A stretch of DNA of 64,000 nucleotides from a virus, in IMG/VR virus record IMGVR_UViG_3300042691_025170, positions 36,579-100,578 of that record; one strand, written 5' to 3'. A program made the translations under genes and the position numbers. Below the pieces are notes generated by a model, which saw only the letters and a list, made by a program, of their open reading frames with translations, was not told the DNA's origin and ran no database searches. Position 1 is the first letter of the stretch; each line of letters opens with the position of its first letter. Below, piece after piece: positions 56,408-64,000 of the stretch.

Positions 56408-56716
56408 ATGAAAAATCAATTAAAAAAAATGAGTCTGAATGAGATGAAGACTCTCCATCGCTCTTTAGAATCCGCTATTTACGATAAGGAATGTGAGCTT
56501 CGTAAATCCGTTAAGTGTAACAAAATTAAAGGACATTTCATATTGGAGTTCGGTGGTAAGAAGTGGGGAGTTTATGTAAATAATCGTAATGGTCGTGGTG
56601 GTTGGGATGTTCACAAAATATCTAATGGTAAGAAGGGAATGTTAGTGTGTAAGGAATGGCATTGGGGTATTAATATGTTGAGATTGAGAATAGCTAATGG
56701 TGACAAAATTAAGTAA
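56408..56716 (+). CDS. Hypothetical protein
   Basis: ORF packing. Confidence 0.55.
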   Translation: MKNQLKKMSLNEMKTLHRSLESAIYDKECELRKSVKCNKIKGHFILEFGGKKWGVYVNNRNGRGGWDVHKISNGKKGMLVCKEWHWGINMLRLRIANGDKIK

Positions 56717-56717
56717 T

Positions 56718-57086
56718 ATGGCAAGAGCAAAGAAAGTAATTGATTGGGTAGAGTTATCCGATAGTTTTCAGAAAGGTGTAATCGTTTCTGTTAAAGTGGT
56801 AGTAGGTAATAATACATCCACAAAAACGGGATTGAAAATTACCAACCTCAACAAGAAGACGATGACGGTTATGGAAGTTGACAGAACCAATAAGAAGAAC
56901 ATCTTCCGAAAGTTTCTCCGAACCGATATCGTTCAGATTGAGGGGTTTGAACTTACCTTACGAAAAGATGTGCTCCCTCGTAAAGAGGAAAGTGATTGGG
57001 GCAGTATCGGACAAGGTAGATACCAAAGGAGAGCATATAGTAACCACTCCAAAGGTTGGAGTTCAAACGCACCACAATACAGATGA
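56718..57086 (+). CDS. Hypothetical protein
   Basis: ORF packing. Confidence 0.55.
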   Translation: MARAKKVIDWVELSDSFQKGVIVSVKVVVGNNTSTKTGLKITNLNKKTMTVMEVDRTNKKNIFRKFLRTDIVQIEGFELTLRKDVLPRKEESDWGSIGQGRYQRRAYSNHSKGWSSNAPQYR

Positions 57087-57406
57087 GAAAGATAACAGAA
57101 AAATCAGTTAGAAACTTTTTAGATGGAGTTCCGTTTAAGAATGGAAACATGGAAGTTTGTAGAGAGGGTAGTATTTATTATCTCAAACTACATGGTAATA
57201 AGATTGCTGCCAAAACTACCAATGGTGACATTTGGATTAGTAACGCCGGATGGTTTAGCCGAACAACAAAAGAGAGACTGAACGCATTGCCGGGTGTTTC
57301 CATCATACAGAAAAAAAGGTTGTGGTATCTTAACGGAAACCCTTGGAACGGAAGACCAATTTGTGTTGTAGATAAAAAAAATTTATTAGGTTATGTTAGT
57401 TTATGA
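57083..57406 (+). CDS. Hypothetical phage protein
   Basis: LHGNKIA, GWFSRTTKERLNAL. Confidence 0.6.
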   Translation: MRKITEKSVRNFLDGVPFKNGNMEVCREGSIYYLKLHGNKIAAKTTNGDIWISNAGWFSRTTKERLNALPGVSIIQKKRLWYLNGNPWNGRPICVVDKKNLLGYVSL

Positions 57407-57743
57407 AACAAAAGTCGGAGAGTATTTCAAAACCAATAAGGTTGTTGAGAAATTCGTTCAAGAAGTAGACAAGAAGATTTGCGAGTATTACGATGAAAAG
57501 TTGTCCAATCTACCTCACCCAATGATAAAGGTAGAGTTAGGTAACAAGTTCATCAAGATTGTCTCTGATAGTAGTTGTTGGGGATTCATCTCTCGTGTAG
57601 ATGATGTTCATAAAGGTTCACCGATTCGGAAGGGTGACCTACTGAAACCCGCATCATACAAAGCACCCGCACGACACGCAAGAGGTAACATCATTGATGG
57701 AACTGCGAAGTGGGGAGTATATGGGCCAGAGTATATAAAGTAA
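57393..57743 (+). CDS. Hypothetical phage protein
   Basis: KFIKIV..SCWGFI..GDLLKPASYKAPARHARGNI..GPEY. Confidence 0.65.
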   Translation: MLVYETKVGEYFKTNKVVEKFVQEVDKKICEYYDEKLSNLPHPMIKVELGNKFIKIVSDSSCWGFISRVDDVHKGSPIRKGDLLKPASYKAPARHARGNIIDGTAKWGVYGPEYIK

Positions 57744-57771
57744 TCGGCGTTTTATCACAAACAATCACACT

Positions 57772-58146
57772 ATGAACATAAAAGGTTTTCACAAGTTACA
57801 AGGTCAAAAGATTAAAGTATTCGGCCGAGAGTTTAGATTGGACTTACAACAGACATCGGATACAGACAAGATGGATGTGTGGGTGTTTGAAAGTACTCCA
57901 TCTACGTTATCAAAAAGCACCTACAATGCCCTCCTTCTAACGGTTGATTTTTCTCATGCTACAAAATTACCAATTGAAACTCGTGTCTGTTTTCGTGGTA
58001 GGGGTGATGAAGCACCAAAGGGTTGGTATAATAGAGAATTAAATCCACCCGGCTGGGCATTTAACAGACTTGATAATTTCTGTGATTGGATTGCTGACCA
58101 CATGGAATTTGATTTAGGTGAAGATTGGTTTATATCCAAACAATAG
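57772..58146 (+). CDS. Hypothetical protein (IxNF-leader family)
   Basis: MNIKGFHKL. Confidence 0.55.
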   Translation: MNIKGFHKLQGQKIKVFGREFRLDLQQTSDTDKMDVWVFESTPSTLSKSTYNALLLTVDFSHATKLPIETRVCFRGRGDEAPKGWYNRELNPPGWAFNRLDNFCDWIADHMEFDLGEDWFISKQ

Positions 58147-58148
58147 TT

Positions 58149-58481
58149 ATGAAGTTGACCATTAAGAATATCAATAAGTTGAAAGACAAAATCTATCAAC
58201 CTTATGCGGAAGAGTGGCAATTAGTTCGTATTGCAGAATACGATACGCAATATCGTTTTCACTTTAACAATAACAGAGACCAAACACTATCTTGTATGAT
58301 AACATTAGAGAGATGGCCTTCGGGTAAACCTCGGACTATATATCATCAACCTAAGTATGTAATTGAACTACACGAATGTGGCATCAGACAATACGAATTG
58401 TATCACCAAGACATTAGATTTATCAATACATTCCGAGTCCTACTTGAATCTGTATTAGAAGGTAAAACCCCATATCAATGA
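58149..58481 (+). CDS. Hypothetical protein (IxNF-leader family)
   Basis: MKLTIKNINKL. Confidence 0.55.
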   Translation: MKLTIKNINKLKDKIYQPYAEEWQLVRIAEYDTQYRFHFNNNRDQTLSCMITLERWPSGKPRTIYHQPKYVIELHECGIRQYELYHQDIRFINTFRVLLESVLEGKTPYQ

Positions 58482-58813
58482 AACCTATAAAGAATTTTCA
58501 AAAGTTGTGTGATGTACTAAGTGTCTTCAACCTAAATGGTGAGAAATGTAGATTTCAGATGTATGACACGACTGAATTTTGGATAGAACCTATTAGAAAA
58601 GATTTGCAAAATGCAAATATATACTCCATGGTATTCAGACCTGATTGGGAAAACGAAACGATTAGGATGCGTGTTATATCAGATGCTCGGATTCCCGATA
58701 TGATTTACCCGATTCCTCCATTTGTAAGAAGCAATCCGCAGGATTGGGTATCATGGATTTTTGATTTAGTATCTTCACAACAAGACAAAATATACAAGCG
58801 ACAGATAATATGA
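58478..58813 (+). CDS. Hypothetical protein (IxNF-leader family)
   Basis: MKPIKNFQKL. Confidence 0.55.
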   Translation: MKPIKNFQKLCDVLSVFNLNGEKCRFQMYDTTEFWIEPIRKDLQNANIYSMVFRPDWENETIRMRVISDARIPDMIYPIPPFVRSNPQDWVSWIFDLVSSQQDKIYKRQII

Positions 58814-59172
58814 AACAACCAACGAACTTTTACAAGGTCAACAAGAAAAGATTTGTCGCGCGCGATGGTAAAGAATACGCCGTCAGTCTTGACTCCTATG
58901 ATGGTGATGCATTATTCGTCATACCCAATGGAGAATATATCAATTGTATCCATATGGTTATTCCGTGGCATGAGTGGACGGCAGAATCTATAATGATAAT
59001 GATTGGTATAGTACCATCGGGTATGGGAAAGTCATATCACGCACAATATGCAGTCATCTTGAGTAGGAAACACATTCAGAGTTTAGACCATTTTGTAGAT
59101 TGGTTAGACAATGAAGTTATTAGAATTTGTAAAAAAGAACTTGAAACGAAACTTGAAGGAAAACGAATATGA
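58810..59172 (+). CDS. Hypothetical protein (IxNF-leader family)
   Basis: MKQPTNFYKV. Confidence 0.55.
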   Translation: MKQPTNFYKVNKKRFVARDGKEYAVSLDSYDGDALFVIPNGEYINCIHMVIPWHEWTAESIMIMIGIVPSGMGKSYHAQYAVILSRKHIQSLDHFVDWLDNEVIRICKKELETKLEGKRI

Positions 59173-59501
59173 AACAACTAAGAATTGAAAGTCACTTACC
59201 CGCAATTAGTTTTGAACTCGGTGATAAGTATTGGATTGCGTGTGGCGCACAATGGATGGAAGTAGACCGAGTTTATACGCCCGAAGAACTCAAAAAGATT
59301 TGGGTAAAGACTGAAAGAAAAGTAGAGGTTCAACCGAAACAAAAGGTAGAGAAAGCGAAAATATATTCCGTTACAGGTAGTAAAGGTAAGACTTACAAAG
59401 TAAAACAACAAGGTAACTCTTGGACTTGTAATTGTCCCGCTTCTACTTTCCGCCGTTGGGAAGAATGTAAACACATTACACAAATAAAAAACAACAAATA
59501 A
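59169..59501 (+). CDS. SWIM zinc-finger protein
   Basis: GSKGKTYKV..WTCNCPA...CKH. Confidence 0.8.
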   Translation: MKQLRIESHLPAISFELGDKYWIACGAQWMEVDRVYTPEELKKIWVKTERKVEVQPKQKVEKAKIYSVTGSKGKTYKVKQQGNSWTCNCPASTFRRWEECKHITQIKNNK

Positions 59502-59682
59502 ATTTATGAAAAAGAGTAGAACTGTAAAACCAAAATCGTTATTCAAACCAATTCTTGGGGAGGATATTTTTATCCGTGAACAACATCCCGATAAGAGAAC
59601 AAATCTTCAATGGGTAAAATTTATGAACAAAAAGTTTGACCTACATTGGGGTATGAGAAAGAAAGACATTAAAGATTAATTT

Positions 59683-60280
59683 ATGATATACATTATAATA
59701 GCATTTTTTATTTGGATGGCTTATGAAATTTGGAGAGCGCCGATAATAAGAGAAATCGGAGATGACCAATATAAAATTGTTCGTAAAGAAAAAAAGTTTG
59801 GTGATATATTTAAATTTAAAAAATAACTTATGGAAGCATTGTATATTATTGGAATAATTCTCATCATCTCAGGTTTCATATCATGGGCATGGGTACAAGG
59901 TATAGACCGAGCAATGAGAGACTTTCCGGATTATAAAGGTGAAGACCTATTTGATGAAGTTCCCAAAAAGAAAGAACAATGGGATGACAACAAACAACAT
60001 ACAGAACAAAACTTTAAGATATGATTTCTATTTTAGGTAAATTAGCATTGACACTTATATTAGTGTCTGTTTTGATAGCATTTGTATATGCTTTTATTAA
60101 AGAAACAATTGATAATTATAAAAACAAAAAACCAAAGTTATGAACGTATTTGATATATTTTTACAATACCTTTTTGGTGGAATGTTGATTACAACTGTAC
60201 TGATGTTGGTATATGCTGTAATCAAGGAATTAATTAGTGATTTTATATATTATAGAGACAAGTACTTTAACAAAAAATAA
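59683..60280 (+). other. Four tandem tiny single-TM ORFs (59683..59826, 59830..60024, 60021..60143, 60140..60280)
   Basis: Each begins with a hydrophobic helix; starts and stops abut or overlap. Confidence 0.55.
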
Positions 60281-60281
60281 T

Positions 60282-60803
60282 ATGGTAGGTAAGGTAATAT
60301 TCATTGATATTGACGGCCCCCTTGCATGGGGAACTTGGACTGATGGTTCGGTAAAAATCACGGAGGGAACTCAACAAGAATTTACCATACCATATTCTTG
60401 GGTTAAAGAAGATTGTGATGCACTTGCTGAGATTATCAAACGGACTAATGCAAATCTTGTGGTGTCATCTGATTGGAAAAAGCACTATGGTATATTCCAA
60501 CTCAAAAGAATATTTGAGCATTACGAGATTGGTGGGTGGTCTGTATTAGACACGACTACACATTTCAATCCTGTTAGAAAGCTTAGTTCACCTCCTGAGT
60601 GGGACAGAGCCTGTGAGATTAAGACATGGGTTAAATCGTTCCGACCAAAACATTGGATTACGATTGATGATATGCCACTCAATATTTCCTTCAAACGATT
60701 GGGTATTCCACAATGGAGGCATGTTCAAGTTGATGGTGACTTTGGAATGGGTGGCAGACTCCGCGACAAAATTGAAGAGTGTGTTAATAAACTAAACAGA
60801 TAA
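60282..60803 (+). CDS. HAD domain protein (Swiss-Army-knife RNA-repair type)
   Basis: FIDIDGPL, VVSSDWK, RACEIKTW, IDDM. Confidence 0.75.
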   Translation: MVGKVIFIDIDGPLAWGTWTDGSVKITEGTQQEFTIPYSWVKEDCDALAEIIKRTNANLVVSSDWKKHYGIFQLKRIFEHYEIGGWSVLDTTTHFNPVRKLSSPPEWDRACEIKTWVKSFRPKHWITIDDMPLNISFKRLGIPQWRHVQVDGDFGMGGRLRDKIEECVNKLNR

Positions 60804-60806
60804 TAT

Positions 60807-61079
60807 ATGACACAAGTAGTAGAACAGATTGATGTTGACCAACTTTTAGAAAATGTGCTTGAAAAGCAGATTATAGTTTACAATGATAATGTAAACACTT
60901 TTGATTGGGTTATACTTTCGTTTATGGAAGTTTTAGAGCATACCTTACATCAGGCTGAACAATGTGCTATGATTATTCATAACAGAGGAAAGTGTAGTGT
61001 AAAAGTTGGTAACCAAGATGAACTGAAACCATATCGTGACGCACTGACTGAACGAGGTATCAACGCAAAAATTGAATAA
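60807..61079 (+). CDS. clpS: ATP-dependent Clp protease adaptor ClpS
   Basis: IIVYNDNVNTFDWVI..HT..QAEQCAMIIHNRGKCSVK.G. Confidence 0.9.
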   Translation: MTQVVEQIDVDQLLENVLEKQIIVYNDNVNTFDWVILSFMEVLEHTLHQAEQCAMIIHNRGKCSVKVGNQDELKPYRDALTERGINAKIE

Positions 61080-61096
61080 ACAAAATCATAAAATCT

Positions 61097-61390
61097 ATGA
61101 AACTTGACATTAAAAACTTTGGTAATATTGCCGTCTATTTTGAAGACACAAATTATGAAGTAAGGGCGTTTAGTGAATCTACAAAAGATTACTCAATAAC
61201 ACTCCTACATCACCCATACGGCGACCGATATGTATTCATTATTGATAGAAAGGGCTACCTTACGGGTGGTGAGTGGCATTATAGTACTCATGTAGAAGGG
61301 CATCAAAACGCGGGTTGTGTAACTTGGAAATTTATGAAAGACCCGACAAACTTTGTGAATCACATCATCGTTAGTATTGAAGGAAAATAA
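61097..61390 (+). CDS. Hypothetical protein (IxNF-leader family)
   Basis: MKLDIKNFGNI. Confidence 0.55.
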   Translation: MKLDIKNFGNIAVYFEDTNYEVRAFSESTKDYSITLLHHPYGDRYVFIIDRKGYLTGGEWHYSTHVEGHQNAGCVTWKFMKDPTNFVNHIIVSIEGK

Positions 61391-61401
61391 AAATTGGAAA
61401 T

Positions 61402-61602
61402 ATGAAAAAGAAATGGTACATTAGGGAAGCAGAAAATGTGACCCACTATTGGGAATATGAAGTTGAAGCAGATACCGAATCGGAAGCGGAAGAGATTGTA
61501 AGAAATGGAGATGTAGAACCATACAATCATTATGATGAATATGCGCTAGGTAATCAACCTAATCCGGAAATCATTGAAGTTAGTTTAATTGATGAAGAAT
61601 AA
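61402..61602 (+). CDS. Small acidic protein
   Basis: YEVEADTESEAEEIV, very Glu-rich. Confidence 0.55.
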   Translation: MKKKWYIREAENVTHYWEYEVEADTESEAEEIVRNGDVEPYNHYDEYALGNQPNPEIIEVSLIDEE

Positions 61603-61813
61603 TATGAGAATCTTAGAAAGAGACCAATGGTTGTCAGACCCGATATTAAAAGATTGGCGATTTAAGTCTGCCGCGTCTGACAAAAAATGCGAATGTCGTG
61701 ACAAAGAAAATTGGGTTGAGTTGATTGACCACGAATCATGTATCATTGGACGAATAGATACGATTGTCTGTACAAAGTGTAATGAAGTAGAATCATTTAG
61801 AATAATCCGATGA
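61592..61813 (+). CDS. Small Cys-containing protein
   Basis: CEC...CTKC. Confidence 0.5.
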   Translation: MKNNMRILERDQWLSDPILKDWRFKSAASDKKCECRDKENWVELIDHESCIIGRIDTIVCTKCNEVESFRIIR

Positions 61814-62013
61814 ACAAAAATTTTGTAGAATGGTTACAGAGTTTAGAGACTCAAACCTTGACCGATGAGTTGAAGGCAGATATTATTGACCGATTCAGAG
61901 ACGAGATAGAAACCGCAGTGAATAATAGTGGTGGATTTATTGATGAAGTATTTTGGGAAGAGCAATATACCTACACAAAAGGTGAGCAGTATTACAATAA
62001 AAGATTTAATTAA
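61810..62013 (+). CDS. Hypothetical protein
   Basis: FVEWL...GEQYYNKRF. Confidence 0.55.
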   Translation: MNKNFVEWLQSLETQTLTDELKADIIDRFRDEIETAVNNSGGFIDEVFWEEQYTYTKGEQYYNKRFN

Positions 62014-62020
62014 GATTGAT

Positions 62021-62443
62021 ATGGCATATAGTAGATGGAGTAAAGATTCGGTATGGTATTGTTTCTGGTCGGCAATTGGGCCCAATAATACATACAAGTG
62101 GCCGACCAAAAAATTGAAAGAAGCTCAAGTATTTGAGGTTTGTGGTTTCCCTTCCGCGCATGTTACCTATGGTGAATTGAAACGGGATTTCAAAGCCTGT
62201 GTAAAGTATATAGAAGAGACCTATTCCAAATCTGATGAATTAGAATTGGAAGACAATACAGTAGAGTGGAAACCATTGAAACCCACATTTCAACAGATGA
62301 CAGAGATGAGAGGTTATCTGTTAAGATTTATGTCGGATGTAGATGAACATTTTAAGTGGAAAACATTCTTCTTACATGAATGGTATTATCCTATTCGTAA
62401 TGAAATAGTTTGGAAATGGAAAGAGTTAATAAAAAAAGTATGA
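62021..62443 (+). CDS. Hypothetical protein
   Basis: MAYSRWS..WYCFW. Confidence 0.55.
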   Translation: MAYSRWSKDSVWYCFWSAIGPNNTYKWPTKKLKEAQVFEVCGFPSAHVTYGELKRDFKACVKYIEETYSKSDELELEDNTVEWKPLKPTFQQMTEMRGYLLRFMSDVDEHFKWKTFFLHEWYYPIRNEIVWKWKELIKKV

Positions 62444-62946
62444 AAGACATAGTAGTATTTAAAGGTTACAAAGACAAAGGAGGATTTGTGCATTTCAGAG
62501 ACATCACATTGGGTGATATTCGTGCCGTGTTCTTTCCTAAGAACTATCACGAAAAATACTCATACTTGGGTTCAGTACCATCTGAAACGGAAGGTGACTT
62601 CTTCAAAGCAATGGAGCCTCTTGTGATATTCATGGACTACAAAGCAAGACCTTGGTGGTGTCCTCGTTTTGTTCTGAGGTTTCTACATCTGTTTGGTATG
62701 GACAATTCATTAGTCCGAGTTCGTAACCGATGGATGGCAAACCTTCTGGCCCGGTTAACAAAGGGCATCCTTCTATTTGATTGGAAGACCAAATGGGAAT
62801 GGTATGACCTACGCATCAGCATCCATGGTACTGACCAAATGTGGTGGTTGGCAGACGCAATTGAAGGACACTACTACCGAGAAGGTAAAAGAAAAGAAGA
62901 GGAAGAAAATAAAAAATCAGACGATAGTGTATATGAGTACAAATAA
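62440..62946 (+). CDS. Hypothetical protein
   Basis: WCPRFVLRFLHLFG..KTKW...DLRI. Confidence 0.55.
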   Translation: MKDIVVFKGYKDKGGFVHFRDITLGDIRAVFFPKNYHEKYSYLGSVPSETEGDFFKAMEPLVIFMDYKARPWWCPRFVLRFLHLFGMDNSLVRVRNRWMANLLARLTKGILLFDWKTKWEWYDLRISIHGTDQMWWLADAIEGHYYREGKRKEEEENKKSDDSVYEYK

Positions 62947-63136
62947 AGAAACAGCAGTTGATTACCTATACAAAATTATACAGATGGGTCATCACATTGG
63001 TAAAGCAGATTGGGATAAAGCCAAACAAATGGAGAAGGAGCAGATAATGAAGGCAGTATACGATAGTATGGGAACTAACTTTGACCCTAACTGGGGAAGA
63101 GCAGAGCTATACTACAACGAAACCTATGGAAAATAA
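62933..63136 (+). CDS. Hypothetical small phage protein
   Basis: ETAVDYL..KAKQMEKEQI..YYNETY. Confidence 0.6.
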   Translation: MSTNKETAVDYLYKIIQMGHHIGKADWDKAKQMEKEQIMKAVYDSMGTNFDPNWGRAELYYNETYGK

Positions 63137-63138
63137 CT

Positions 63139-63372
63139 ATGACACCAAAAGAAAAAGCAAAAGAAATTTACTGCAAATACACAGACGCTCTTGATATCCG
63201 TGATTTACGAACAACCGCAAATCCATTTGCCAAGCGATGCGCCTTAATAGCAGTAGATGAGATAGAACAAGCACTTACTGATTACGGTAGAGGAGATTCA
63301 CTTGAACTTCAAAATATGGACTCTACCTTTCGGTATTGGCAAGAAGTAAAACAAGAAATAGAAAACCTATGA
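63139..63372 (+). CDS. Hypothetical small phage protein
   Basis: MTPKEKAKE..AKRCALIAVDEI..YWQEVKQEIE. Confidence 0.6.
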   Translation: MTPKEKAKEIYCKYTDALDIRDLRTTANPFAKRCALIAVDEIEQALTDYGRGDSLELQNMDSTFRYWQEVKQEIENL

Positions 63373-63602
63373 AACTATACACCGAAGAACAAGTCAAGCA
63401 GATAGTAGAGAAAAGCAGAGAAACAGGTTTAACTGCCGAGTACTTAATGCTCACCACTACACCGATAGAACTATACACAGAGGAAGACATTCAAAAGACA
63501 TGGAACGCTGCTTACATAGATGCTTTGAAGATAGACGAAGAGGACTATAAACCTCTCTTTTACCAATACTTTCTTGAGCAGTTAAAACAAAGTAAAGTAT
63601 GA
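63369..63602 (+). CDS. Hypothetical protein with internal LYTEE repeat
   Basis: KLYTEEQV and ELYTEEDI. Confidence 0.55.
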   Translation: MKLYTEEQVKQIVEKSRETGLTAEYLMLTTTPIELYTEEDIQKTWNAAYIDALKIDEEDYKPLFYQYFLEQLKQSKV

Positions 63603-63651
63603 AACTAACGGCAGAGGAATACTACAACGAAAACTATAAACAATAAACACT

Positions 63652-63957
63652 ATGGGATTAGATTCATATTTTTTCAAAACGAAAGCAGAGTTCAAAGACA
63701 ACATTGGTATGGATATGACAAATGTCCTAACTGAAGACCTTTACTATTGGAGAAAGAATTGGGATGTACATTCATATATGGAAACTCTGTATATAGGAAG
63801 AGGTGGTAAGGGTGATTTCAATTGCGAACCGATAGTGTTGGATGAATTAGACCTAAGAGGACTATCAGTTCAGTTTCCATCTGAAACCGAGTCGGTTGAG
63901 AAAGCGTTGGAAGCAATGCGAGAAGGATATACAATCATTTACGATTCATGGTGGTAA
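63652..63957 (+). CDS. Hypothetical phage protein
   Basis: MGLDSY, YWRK..VH.YM, FNC, YDSWW. Confidence 0.65.
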   Translation: MGLDSYFFKTKAEFKDNIGMDMTNVLTEDLYYWRKNWDVHSYMETLYIGRGGKGDFNCEPIVLDELDLRGLSVQFPSETESVEKALEAMREGYTIIYDSWW

Positions 63958-64000
63958 ACAAAACTTATGAAAGAAAAAGACTTAAAGGAACTTGGGTTTA

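Noticed and set aside
1-64000. GATC under-representation (restriction avoidance)
   Set aside because: Impression only; several GATC sites exist and I cannot count reliably. An observed/expected tetranucleotide calculation is needed

Overview
64 kb, AT-rich segment of a large lytic dsDNA phage with a T4-like replisome. Essentially all real genes are on the + strand. The host is most likely a Bacteroidota bacterium: there are repeated TTTG-N20-TATATTTG promoters, a DUF4494-like gene, a Bacteroidota-type ClpS and a tmRNA tag starting GE and ending YALAA. Layout: (1) 1-10.3 kb nucleotide and replication module (NrdA end, PhoH, thioredoxin, DUF4338/DruA-like gene, family B DNA polymerase, sliding clamp, dUTPase, clamp loader, PD-(D/E)XK nuclease). 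(2) 10.3-30.2 kb, a ~20 kb glycan-synthesis island with about a dozen glycosyltransferase-like genes, Gmd, a His-type ColD-like dehydratase, GT11, an aminotransferase plus GNAT and methyltransferases. (3) 30.2-46.2 kb mixed accessory genes (GSII, ThyX, AAA ATPase, nuclease, an ATE1/Bpt-like aminoacyl-tRNA-protein transferase candidate, many membrane proteins). (4) 46.3-48.5 kb lysis genes. (5) 48.5-51.6 kb RNA island with 7 tRNAs including both Ile(UAU) and Ile2(CAU), a tRNA-like element, tmRNA with a 25-codon tag and several unexplained structured RNAs. (6) 52-54.3 kb HldC/HldA/HldD-like nucleotide-heptose genes. (7) a six-copy palindromic repeat array at 54.45-54.74 kb. (8) dense small early-type ORFs including ClpS. 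The leading candidate for an undescribed system is a phage-encoded protein-tagging and degradation kit (transferase + ClpS + tmRNA + donor tRNAs). The orphan ncRNAs and the heptose/colitose pathways follow. All family calls are motif recognition by eye, not database results.
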